From assembly GCA_013265495.1 (NCBI GenBank), contig MU058423.1:4758793-4822792 (forward strand): DNA of 64,000 bases, in the 5' to 3' direction. The notes below the pieces were generated by a model. That model worked only from the letters and a program-made list of their open reading frames with translations, made no database searches and had not been told where the DNA came from. Source of the stretch: Vicugna vicugna. Taxonomy: Eukaryota. Positions 1-12,925 of this stretch are shown here, piece after piece (position 1 is the first letter of the stretch; every line of letters starts with the position of its first letter). The position numbers and the translations under genes are program-made.

Positions 1-753
1 AAAGACCAAAAAAAGCATTATGTAATGATAAAGGGATCGATATATGAAAAGAACATTATACCATTAACATATACACACCCAAAACAGGAGCACCTAAATA
101 CATAAAGCAAATAGCAACAAACATAAAGGGAGACATTGATAGCAAGAAACATAAAGGGAGTAATAGTAGGAGACTTTAACACCCACTGACATCAATGGAC
201 AGATGATCCAGACAGAAAATCAGTAAGACAACAGAGGTCTCAAGTGATGCAGTGGACCAGTTGGTCTTAATTGATATCTACAGGACGTTACATTCAAGAA
301 AAGCAGAATACACATTCTTTTCAAGTGCACATGGAATGTTCTCCAAGATAGATCACATAGTAGGTCACAAAAGAAGCTTCAACAAGTTTAAGACGATAGA
401 AATTATATCAAGTATCTCTTTGGACACAGCAGTATGAAACTAGAAATCAACCACAGAAAGGAAAACAGGAAAAGAACAAACACTTGGAAACTAAACAACA
501 TGCTATTAAAAATGATGAAATCAATGGTGAAATAAAAGAAGAAACCAGAAAATAACTTGAGACAAATGAAAATGAAAACACCACTTTCAAATCTATGGGA
601 TGCAGCAAAAGCAGTTCTAAGAAAGAAGTCAATAGTGATAAAGGGTTTCTTCAAGAAACAAGAAAAATCTCTAATAAACAACCTAACCTACCACCTAAAA
701 GAATTCGAAAAAGAAGAACATGGCCCAAAGTCAGCAGAAGGAAGGAAATAACA
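1..753 (+). mobile_element. LINE-1 ORF2 fragment (endonuclease domain region), degraded, ends abruptly without poly(A)
   Basis: Short ORFs translate to L1 ORF2p EN-like motifs (LIDIYRTLH...EYTFFSSAHGMFSKIDHIVGHK; NLWDAAKAVLR), broken by frameshifts and stops. Confidence 0.93.
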
Positions 754-769
754 ACCATAGTGCAACTAC

Positions 770-935
770 TATTTAGTTAGCTATGCGCGAAGCACTGAGC
801 CTACACACACACACGTGTATTTATAATCTATTCCTCACAAAAAAATTATTACATCCATTTTACACATAAGGAAGAAGGAAACTGAGACTCAGAGAAATCA
901 TGATCAAAATCCTTGGTCCATGTTCTTAACCATGG
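770..935 (-). mobile_element. MIR SINE remnant
   Basis: ccattttac...gaaactgagactcagaga matches the reverse complement of the MIR core. Confidence 0.6.
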
Positions 936-2869
936 TTTAATTTAGACCTTCTGATGCCATGAGTGATTGTTGAACATCTATCCAGGAAGGCAGTAAACTT
1001 TTGTGAAATGTTTTTATGTTTAATTATTTAAATGTAGATATTTATTTTAAGACTTTGATATAATAGCTTATTCATGTATGTGCATGCAATATACATGCAT
1101 AATGAAACTTTTATATCTATGCATATTCTTACATGTCAATGTGTTTTCCAAGTACTATAGCCATTGTTTCAGGAATATGATAAAATATAAGTTTTATAAT
1201 CAATGAAGTACTAAAAGGAGGCTGACTGACAATCTTTCCAATTTATTGTTTCCTTGATGCGTGAAACACTGTGTCAGCTTTTTCAAAGAAAGGAAAAACA
1301 AGCCAACACAATAATGTAGTTTCTTAAATTCCCTTCCGTCTTTGAAAATGAAAGTCCAGTTCCAGATAATGAAGTTGAGCGTGGTGAGATTTAAATTCTA
1401 TCCAAATGAGTTACATTAGCTCACAGTTATTTATTCTAATAAGGGAGAGGAATCCTTGGATAATTGAAATCCATAGATGATTGAAAAACTGCATTTAGCA
1501 TATTTCTCAAGCTCAACCCTACCAAATTTTTTATTGGCATTATAATCAAGTTAAAAAAATTTCTCACTTAAATTTCACTTTCTTTCTCTTTTCTTCTCAC
1601 TTCAATGGGGAGGTAAATGCCTTAGTTAGCAAAGAGCAGAAGGCAAAATTTACCTGTGTTTTATCTAGGGGCAGGCTAGAGACTGGATACCTGAAACATT
1701 TCTAGCATGTAAAACAATGATTAAATCAAAAGCTCTTAAATATAATTAGTGGGGTAGTTTTGAGCACTTTATAAAAAAAAGAGACATTGACATTTGGCTG
1801 ATTATGTATTATTAGAATCTAAGCTTTATAATACTTCAAAATGGAAAAATAATTTTTACACAAGTCTTATATGTATTTTTAACCAGGCAAAATGGTCCTG
1901 TAAATAGAAAAGCATATATATAACCTGTCACTGATTATTCAGTAAGTTTCTTAACATACCAACATCTCAATGTGGGCATTAGAAGGTAATGAAACCTTTG
2001 GCAAATTTGGCAAATAGGCAAATGCTTTGTTCAGCTGTTTTAGAGACACAAGGTATGTTATAATACTGAGTTTGTTTGGCATTGTGCTTTAATAACTTCA
2101 AGATTTAATTAAATCATACAATAAACATTTATTTAAGAACCTACTCTGATCCCAGAAGTAGAATGATGAACGAGATAGCTCTTGCCCATCCCTTCCCAGC
2201 CTGAGGTGTGGGTGGTCCTATGTTATGGACAAGCAAAGGGTGCTAAGACTTGAGATCAAAGAGGACTTCCTGAGGAGATGATCTACAAAGTCAGTGAGGA
2301 AAAACTTTGTTTAAAATTAATTAGCATTGAGATAAATATGATTATTCAAAATTGCTTATACACATTTGTTTGCCACAGAGAGTTTCTTTAAACAAAAACT
2401 TGGGTATCTTAACAGTACAAGATCAGATAGTAGTGATCTCCTTTTATTGAAACATAGTGGGTGAAGAGAGGATCCTGGATCCTTTTTTTTCAGCCTGTCT
2501 TGCTTCTTTCTGTACATTTCTCCTTACAGAGAGGTGTGGGTTTAGGGTGGAATGGTCCTAAAGTAACCACCTGCTTGATCATCAGAGGTAGACCCAGATG
2601 AGATTAGCCTCAAATTTTCTATTATTTACATTCTGTTTGTTTTGTTACCCATGTCCCTCCCCTAGTGCATGGTGAAATTACATAGATCCATGAATGCTTG
2701 CTGTTCTACACTCTGGTGATACTACCATCTGGGAAAGGAACTGATCTCTGCATCCAGTGGGATTTTATATTAATTAATTGATTCATTCATTTAATCATCT
2801 TTATTGAACATGTTATGTCCTAGGGATTATGCAAAACATAGGGACTATAGGGACAAATAAGATAATCAT

Positions 2870-3290
2870 ATTTTAACAACTCTATTAAAGTGTGATTTTA
2901 ATACTATATATTAACTCATTTTATGTGTACAATTCAAAGATTTTTAGTAAATTTACAGAGTACTGCAACATCACAAAAATTTAATTTTAGAATTTTTTTT
3001 TATCAGCTCCAAAAGATCTCTCACACTTATTTGCAATCGCCTTTCCCTCCTCCAACTTCGGGCAACCATCAATCTTCTTTCTGTCTCTAAATGTTTGCCT
3101 TCTCTGAACATTTCGTATAAATAGAATCATATACTACATAGAATTTTGCATTGACTTCTTTTACTTAGCTTAATGTTTTTGAAGTTCAGTCACGTTGAAG
3201 CATGAATCAGTAGATTGTTCCTTTTTATTGCTGAATAGTATTTTATCATATGAAAATGATACACTTTGTTTATCCATTAGAACAATCATA
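2870..3290 (-). mobile_element. Ancient L1 (L1M-type) 3' end
   Basis: Typical antisense L1M 3'UTR phrases: tgtacaattca, ggcaaccatcaatcttctttctgtctcta, tataaatagaatcata, ctttttattgctgaatagta. Confidence 0.8.
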
Positions 3291-3676
3291 TTTTATAGTA
3301 CAAAATAAGGTAAAGAGTTTAACATATTGTTTACAGCAAGAATTTTCACATGTTTTCATGTTTTAAGAGATTAGAAAGTTGCTAGAAGTCATAATTTCTG
3401 TTTAAGTCAGGTTTTAGAAAGGTTGAGATCCTTGTTCTCCTGGGAAAAGTTCGAGAGAAAAGAGCCCTGAAGCTGTGGACACCAGCATTGAACACTTACA
3501 AGACCCTATGACTGACTTGGTTTAAAAAAGCATGAGATTAGAGGAGCTCGTTACTACCGATGATAGTTTAGCACAGTGGGCTCGAAAACTAATGATACAA
3601 ATAGGCTTCCACTCTAGGAACGGAAGCAGGAGGAGCTCCATGGACTTGCTCCCCAGTGAAAGAAGCATGAGGTAGA

Positions 3677-3750
3677 AAGATAGATAGATAATAGATGAGT
3701 AGATAGATACATAGATAGTTACCTCGATAGACAGACAGACAGACAGACAG
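3677..3750 (+). repeat. Compound (GATA)n/(GACA)n microsatellite
   Basis: Degenerate gata units followed by consecutive gaca units, read directly. Confidence 0.85.
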
Positions 3751-4583
3751 AATGACATATCTATATCTGTGAAGACATACACATAAGTATTTAAAGACTG
3801 GAAATTTTCTAAAGAGTGTACAGCAAGTAAATGAAGAAACATTTATTCAATAAAATCTACTAAAACTTGTTCAGTACACCAAGTCTGTGGGAGGTGAGCC
3901 ACATCTCACATGTCCCTCTCCTGCCCTCCTTCACTCCCTCCCCACCACCAGCTCAGCTTGACGGAAGCTCCACTTGGGGTAGATGTGACCTAGAAGACAG
4001 CACTTCGTCTCTTCTAAGCTCCCAATCAAGGCACCCTGCAAATCCGAGGCAGGGTGGGCCGCCAGCGTTTCTGATTCCCTCCAGCTCTGAGTTGCAAAGG
4101 CTAAATTGTTGATGAGCGCAATTGAGAGGTCAGAGAGTCTACTCATGAGGTCGATGCTCTACCGAGGCATGGCAAGCCGAGGGTGGTAGGGCTCCAATCG
4201 CCCTCACCCTAGCTCGTTCACAGGGCAGATGTTCAATGCCAGGAGAAGAACGGGTTACTGCTCCCACCCAGTGTCCAAAGCACTCGCTCGAGGACGGTCT
4301 ACAAAGACAGAGAACGCCAAAGCTCTCACCAAAGGAATTAACTTTACTTAATACAAAGTGTAATTTCAATAGTCTCAAATAATAATGTCAACAGCCAGCC
4401 TCAGAAACAATGGAGATTTAGGTGACAGAAACTTCAGCGGAGACTGTTAGCTCTGTGAGATCACCAAGCAAATGACAGGCCAGCTAGTATACACAGAGAC
4501 AGGCAGGGAAACAGACAGCTAAGAAAAAAGCAAAACAAAACAAAACAAAAACCCTCTTACAGTCAGAACAAACCTCCAAGACT

Positions 4584-5495
<912 letters not shown>

Positions 5496-5971
5496 AGTCT
5501 AAGAGCTGGATGTGATAGCAAGAGGGGCAGACAGCTTAGTAGAGAGATCAGGGAGAGGGACAAACAAGGAAAGCCCTGTTTAAACAGCTGTGACCTCACA
5601 GCGACTGCACATCCCCAGGGCCAGAATTTAGGAGGGGAAATTAGAGGTTTCACACAATGGTATTAATACGTTTCACTGCAATATTCTAGCATAGTCACTG
5701 AACAGATAAACAAATAATAATGAAAACTAGCCCTGGAGAGAGCTGGAAATCAATAGCCAGACTTGCTACAACATATTACCTGAAATGTCCAGTTTCCAAC
5801 AAAAATTGATGACACATGCAAAGAAATAGTAGACATGACTCATACTTAGGAAAAGAGAGCAAACAGCAGAAATCCCATGCGAGAGGGCTCAGATAGCACA
5901 TTTAGACAAACAGGAGTCCTTCTGGAAAGAATCGGCTTTAGTCTGGCTGGGATGGAAAGGCTTCCCAAGGC

Positions 5972-5982
5972 TTCCCGGAAGT
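5972..5982. promoter_or_regulatory. Overlapping STAT (TTCCCGGAA) and ETS (CCGGAAGT) consensus motifs
   Basis: Sequence ttcccggaagt read directly; function untested. Confidence 0.3.
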
Positions 5983-7797
5983 TCAGGGCTTCGGGTTCCT
6001 GTCCAAAGGCCGCTGGAAAGGACTAGAGTCAGAGTAACGGGAAGACCTGTGGCTGCGGGTGGTGAGAAGCTACGGCATGTTCTGCAGACAGTTAATATTT
6101 TAAAAACCTATTTTTTTAATTTTTGTCTTTTAGATGTTAACATGTATACATTTATAATATGAAAGTATTAAAAAAAAAACCCCAGTAAAGCATATTTGTG
6201 TATGAAAAGTCCATTTCGGCCAATCCTCAAAACAGGCCTACATTTTTCTAAATGTTGCATAAAATACTAAGTAGAAACATTGTGGCTTGGATTAAATTTA
6301 ATGATTCAAGAAAATATATTGCTTTAAATGCTTATGTTTTATTATTCTGTGTTGAATCCCAGATAATCTTCTCCAATTATATTCAACAATATAAAACACA
6401 TTTTGTAAGGTAATTTCTCACTTAAAACTGATTTTTCTGCCTTTCTGTCAAGAGGTTGTTTTAATCAATTTTTCCCAGAACACCACCTTACATATTTACA
6501 GAGATGCCTCAATCATCTTGCACATTTGATAGATTTGTTGTAATTTGTTAATTGAGGGAAGAAATTGTATTTAATAAAAGAAAAACATGATGCCATATAT
6601 AGTGTCCATTGCTTCACAAAAGCCTCTAGCACCTGGGCTGCCTCTGTGTTTGACAGTTTGGGATGGAAATACCAGATGTCAAATAATAAATGATACAGAA
6701 GTTCCAAGAGTACAAAAGATAGCATTTAATTGTCCCACAAGTGACCAAATTAAAAATTAAATAGAACTAGGAAGGCCATTCATTTAGTAATGGAATCAGT
6801 GAATTCTAAAATGATCCCATTTGTTACTGCAGAAGGGAGTCATATAAGAGACTCTTAATGCTGCTTACACACATGTAAAATTCCTCCTCTAGGTGCCCAG
6901 GTTTGATAAAATAGAACTGTAGAAAATCTGATAAACATGTTTGGAAGTTCTTCTGTAGCAAAATTATAACATGTATAAAATTGTGTTTTAATTCACAGGA
7001 TCATGTAGATTCCCTCTGAATTCACATAGGAAAAAATTTCAAGCAAGATACGACTGTGCTTTAACTATCTTTTTATTTTGTTTTGTTTTTTAATCATGGA
7101 AATCTATACCACAAAGGTTAAAGATTTTAAATATTTAGCAAAACGTACCTTTTAACCTTCTCTGTCTCTGAAGGCAATCCAAATTCTACTCAATTCATTA
7201 AATTAATCCTTGGTGGCCACAGCAGAATAAAAATTTCATTTCTTTAGCATACAAATGATGCAATTAATGTGTGGAAATATACAGCACAAAAGTCATTTAC
7301 TTGTCTAAGTGAATTTTGTTCTGAAACCTGCAATGCATTTCATATACAAGCAATAAAGATTAAAAGCAATGTAAAATTTAATCTGACAGAAAATGCAAAA
7401 CATTAGTTTTGACTTTATGGATAAAAATGCATTTCAAAATTTGTTTTGGAAATGTTTTGGGGTTGGTCTTTTTGGCATAAAATTGGCTTAGACTATGTAG
7501 TTTGATCATCTTGCAAGTTTAATGGGCTTGAAACCTGAGGATAAGACCTTTCAATGATATTTGGGATGTGATATTGTTATTTATCCATAGATATTTCAGA
7601 TCATAAACATATACTTAGCTCTGGAGAGTGGATGGTTTTTAAACATAGCCTTTAAATTTTAGAACAGTTTTAGGCTTACAGAATTATTGTGAAGAGACTT
7701 GGGAGGGTTCTTGTATACCCCGTACAGTGTCCCCTGCTACTAACAGCTTGGGTTAGTGGGTACACTTGTCACAATTCATGAACTGATTGTGGCATAT

Positions 7798-7826
7798 CAT
7801 TATTATTATTATTATTATTATTATTA
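7798..7826 (+). repeat. (ATT)n microsatellite
   Basis: Direct reading. Confidence 0.95.
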
Positions 7827-9102
7827 GAAATTCATGTACATATTTTATAATTTTTGTAGCTCAAATTTCCCCAGCTTTAACCATCGGGAGCTCTTTTAGT
7901 TGGCTCTGGTGTCCCTTTTATATAGTCCTATCATTTCCTGCTCTTTTGAGTAATTATTTTCTTGCACTACAAGATGCTCTAGGCTCTTCTTGTATATTTC
8001 CTGCCCCCATTCCTAAAATCAGCCCTTTCTATGGAGCTCTGGTTCTTTTTATTGGAGAACGGCATAAGAAACCAAGATCTGTGCACTAGGTGTGCTTATT
8101 ACATTTGGGTTCTTGTTTCCAGGCCCTCTAAACTGACTGGGTAATTGTGTGTGTGTGTATACGAACCCATTACATATGCACATCTACAAATATTTCTCTA
8201 TATGTACCCAGCTGTGTCTATATTAAATTAAACATGGATTCATTAGAGTCCCTAACTCTAATCTACTTGGGGAACCCTGGTTCCCATCATCTGCTATCCA
8301 TTTACTTTAGTCATTCAGTTCCAGTGTCCATACCTAGGGCTTTCAGAATAGCTAACCCACGTGCCAGTGGGAGTCAGCATCACCAAAAAGAAGATAGTGT
8401 TACGCACAGTCACTTTCATGTTTCATCTTAGAGACACCATTCATTTCCAAAGTCGCTCAGTTAGCATCTTTGTCTGCAACCCCACTGAGGTTGTTTCATA
8501 CAGTTATAATGCATTTAGATTCTTTTTCCACCTTCTACTTTCCATCCTTGGATCCTTCAACTTGAGACAATTTTAAAATTTGCATACATTAATATTCACT
8601 CTTTCTGCTGTGAAGTTACAGGGGTTTAACCAAATGCAAAATGTCGTGTATTCCCCATGACAGTATCACACCAACCATTCACTGCCTGAAAGAGTCCTGT
8701 GCTTCACTCATTCAACTCTTTCCCACCCCAAACTCCGAGGAGCCATGTATCTTTTTCTTATTTATTTGTTTTTGTCTTCCAAGTGTCATATAACTGTAAT
8801 CACATATTATGTAACATTTTCAGACTTTCTTCTTTCACTTAACAATATGAATTTCAGGTTCATCCAGGCCTACTTGTGACTTGATGGCTCATTTCCTTTT
8901 ATCACAGTGTAATAGTCCACAATACAGATTTGTCTCAGCTTGTTTACTCATTCACCTGTTGAAGGACATCTTGTTTTTTGGGGTTTTTTTTTTTTTTTTT
9001 CAGATTTTTCTGAACTATGGATGAAATTCCTATAAACGTTTGTGTGCAGGTTTTGTGTGAATACCATTTTTCAAATCAGCTGAATAAATAAGTAGGAGCA
9101 TA

Positions 9103-9215
9103 TGTGACAATCAATATATATATGTTCATGTATAACTGGAAAATTGTGCTTTACACTGGAATTTGACACAACATTGTAAAATGATTATAAATAAATAAAA
9201 AATGTTAAAAAAAAG
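9103..9215 (+). mobile_element. Young 5'-truncated L1 3' end (camelid-like) nested in the older L1
   Basis: Ends aataaaaaatgttaaaaaaaa; flanked by exact 14-bp TSD taagtaggagcata at 9089-9102 and 9216-9229. Confidence 0.88.
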
Positions 9216-10778
9216 TAAGTAGGAGCATAATTGTTTGCTTGTAGGCTAAGGCAGTATTTAGCTTTATTAGCAATTTCCAAACTGTCTTTCAGTCATGCAT
9301 TTTCACCAGTAATGAGAGATTTTGAACTTTAGTCATTCTAGTAAGTGTGTAATAATATCTTATTGTTGATTTAATTTGCATTTCCAAATGACAGATGATG
9401 TTGACCATCTTTTCATATCCTTATTTGTAATATATCTGTTCTTTGATGAGGTGTTTGTTGAGAACTTTTGCTCATTTTTTTCATTGAGTATTGTTTTTTA
9501 CACTTAAGTTTTAAGATCTGTAAATTCTGGATACAGTTCTTTATCACATATGTAATTTGCCAATATTTTCTCCATTTGTCTTTCACAGAACAATTGTTTT
9601 TAGTAAAACCCAATTTCTCAGTTTTTTTCCTTTATGGATCATGTTTTTAATGCTATATATAAAAACTCATCACCAAACCTAAGGTAATTCAAATTTTCTC
9701 CTATGTTTTCTTCTACAAACTTTCAAATCATTGATTCATTTTCAGCCAGTTTTTGTATAAGTGGTGAGGTCGTGTCTAGGTTCATTGGGGGGGGGGTGGA
9801 ATGTGTATATCCAGTTGTTCCAGCATCATTTGTTGAAAAGGTTCTCCTTTCCTTATTGAATTGCCGTTGCACCTTTGTCAAAATCAGTTGATTATAAATT
9901 GAGTCTTCCAATTCCGTTCTTTTTTAGTGTTGTCTTGAATAGTCTATGGTTTTTGTCTTTCCATATACACTTTAAAATAAGTACAATCTTCCAATGAAAT
10001 CTCACTCTTTCATTTAGCCCATGTTTTGACTGTGACCTTTATGTATGTTTCTTCTTAAGTAGCTTCCTCCTCTCACTCCCCCACCTCAGCTCCTGAGTGC
10101 TCTGTGGAATTCTCCCAGGGCTTAGGGTGGTTTTGGAACTGGACCAGAGCATCGTCCAGGCTCCTCTTTCTAGAAAGGAAGAGGTTGGGCTCTGAATCAT
10201 TTTCTTCTCAGATGGGTTTTCATGCCTTGTGCTAATGTGCTTACACTATACCCAGAAAGATAAATTCTGTATATCAAGAAATCTGGGGTGAAGTAATCTC
10301 TGTTAAAAACAAAAACAAATAAAACCTGTTAAAAGTTTTCTCCAAAGCAGTGGACACTCACTGTCTTGTATCTGTTATGCAAAAGGCCACATGAACTAGT
10401 CTTCCCAAAGCCAAAATGGTAATACCAGGAGATGTATGTCTCTGTGTTAGATCTAGAGGGTTTAGTAGCTTTAAATGTCAGGCTTTTGCTAATAACACTA
10501 ACAAACTAATTAATGTACCACCATACCAGACATTCTTTAACATACACATTGACTTCATCGATGAGAAAGGAAAGGCAGAATAGATATGTGTGCAAAGATA
10601 GATTAATCATTATTGTGTTTGCTGTCAAATTAATCAATTCAAAAAAACCTCCACTCTAATAATTTGTTTCATTTAGCTTTTTCATTATTTAATACATTTT
10701 CAGTTTAATTTTCACCCAATGTTTGCTATAAACTTGATATATATATATATTTTTTTTTCTTCTTTTTTCCTTAAGCAG

Positions 10779-10805
10779 AATGTGGGAGAGACAAAGTAAA
10801 TGATG
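10779..10805 (+). other. Candidate 27-nt microexon (30 nt with the alternative NAGNAG acceptor)
   Basis: 23-nt pyrimidine tract + aagcag acceptor, ATG|GTAAGT donor; only the phase-1 frame is open (xCGRDKVND). Confidence 0.35.
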
Positions 10806-11661
10806 GTAAGTTTGCAGTTGAAATAAAATGTTAGAACTTTGGCTATAATGATGGATAGGAAGTGAAGTCAGAGTTTAAATAAAGTATTTTCCTTTGAAAT
10901 ACGCAGATTGGTTGTCTGCATTTGATAAATATATTTTTATAATTGCTCAAATCATATTTCAAGCTGCCTCTATGAATATGTCCTCCCTGGAATATTTTAA
11001 ATCTTTCAATGTGTTTATTAGGTGCATATATTATAAAGTGTGAAATGATTATTTAATGAACTTTCTCTTCTGCTTCAGCTCCTAGTATGACGCACCCACC
11101 CACAAAACTATATTGAAATGAGAGCAATGTGTCATAAATAGAACATTCCTAAAGACTATGATAGAGTATAATTTAAAAACTTTAAATTGCTAACAGGTGA
11201 TGAATGAGGGTCTAGATCTAAAAAAAAAAAACTTCAATGCTATTTTGCTGAATGTCAGTGTGTAGACTGTCTGTTAGGGAATGCAGTGTGTCAAACGTCC
11301 AGAGCTGCTGCATACAGCAGTGTGTGTGAGACGGAAAGTGTCAGGAGGCGCATGACGTCTGCATGGATGGAGGTGGTTTTTTTCCTTAACGTACAAATCG
11401 GAAGCTCCTGATAAAAGGACAGGAACTATAAAATCTTCCAGTCACTGAAATGAAACTCAGAAATTGCTGTTTGAAATATGTTAAAAAGGGAGACCCACTG
11501 AGGAAAGGCAGAAAACTATACCACCCTGCAAAAAGAGAGAGAGGCCATTTACTAACAGTGATTAGTAGCTGGAGCTTTGTAGAATGTACTGGAAGAAGAG
11601 AAATCTCCTCAATAATGCAGCCAAAGTTTGCTGATTATGCACTTTTTCCCTAAATTCTCCC

Positions 11662-12050
11662 TTTTTTTTAAATTGAAGTATAGCTGGTTTATAATATTGT
11701 ATTAATTTCTGTTGTACAGCATAGTGATTCAGTTATAAATAAATATATATATATATATTCCTTTTCATATTCTTTTCATTATAGGCTATTATAAGATATT
11801 GAATATAATTCCTTGTGCTATACAGTAGGACCTTGTTGTTTATCTATTTTATATATAGTAGTGTGTATCTGAAAATCCCGATTTCCAAATTTATCACTCT
11901 ACTCTCCATCTTCCCCCCCTGGTAACCATAAGTTTGTTTTCTATGTCTGTGAGAGAAAAAAAAAAAAAACACCATACATTATCACTTATATGTGGAATCT
12001 AAAAAAATGACACAAATGAACTTATTTATAAAACAGAAACAGACTCACAG
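11662..12050 (-). mobile_element. Cetartiodactyl L1 3' end with 5' inversion (minus-strand 11662-11953, plus-strand about 11954-12050)
   Basis: Both pieces share ctcacag, and they are collinear in the neighbouring L1 copy (...agactcacagatatag... at about 12662-12677). Confidence 0.85.
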
Positions 12051-12456
12051 GCTGATCATTGTCTATACTGCTGCCTTGTAATTTTTTGCAAAAGTGGGGA
12101 TTTCAAGGAATTAAAAGAAATAGAGGTAACTCTGAATTAACCATGGGAGTGTACCTGATGGCCACATTAAGGTGTTTTAGTGGACTATCAGTAAGAAAGG
12201 GAGGAAAATGGCAAGAAGTATCTTCTCTGCGATGCTCTAAGAGATTTATTGCTCATGACAGGGCTGATACTTTTCTTTAAAAAGGCCCCTCTCTCTGTTT
12301 TCTGTTGCTTTCATAGGAGGATTCCTCATCACCATAGAATCAGGGGTAGGCTTGAGGGTGGAAAGGGCATGTGGCATGGATAATCCACTTAATTCTGTTC
12401 AATCTCTGGAACTCTACATGTTTTTTCCCCCAGTGAAACAAAACCAAACACTTCAG

Positions 12457-12860
12457 GATAAAGAAGATGTGGGATATAAATACAGTGGAATACTACTCAG
12501 CCATAAAAAGAACAAAGTTTTGCCCTTTGCAGCAACATGGTTGGACTTAGAGGGCATTATGCTCAGTGAAATAAGTCAGAGAAAGACAAATACTGTATGA
12601 CACCATATACATGTGAAATCTAAAAAATACAACAAACTAGTGAATATAACGACAAGGAGACAGACTCACAGATATAGATAGCAAATTACTGGTTACCAGT
12701 GGGGAGGGAGGGAGGAGGGGACAATATAGGTCTGGGGGAGTAAGAGGTATAAACTGTTGGGTGTAAGGTGGGCTACAAAGATGTACTGTAGAACATAGGG
12801 AGTTTGCCAATAGTTTGTAATAACTAAATGGAGTGTAACCTTAAAAAATTTTTGTGTGTG

Positions 12861-12904
<44 letters not shown>

Positions 12905-12925
12905 AAAGACAAATTTTTTTAAAAA
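12457..12925 (+). mobile_element. 5'-truncated L1 3' end (ORF2 C-terminus and 3'UTR) with (TG)(TA)(GA) microsatellite in the tail
   Basis: Translation PFAATWLDLEGIMLSEISQ matches the L1 ORF2 C-terminus; degenerate TSD caaa(c/t)acttcag at about 12445-12456 and 12928-12939. Confidence 0.9.

Larger units (their letters stand above)
7650..9985 (-). mobile_element. Ancient L1 (L1MC/MD-like) 3' portion
   Basis: Begins ttttagaacagttttaggcttacag (L1MC-type 3' end, antisense) and continues into antisense ORF2-end phrases (ttaatttgcatttcc, ccagcatcatttgttgaaaag). Confidence 0.85.
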
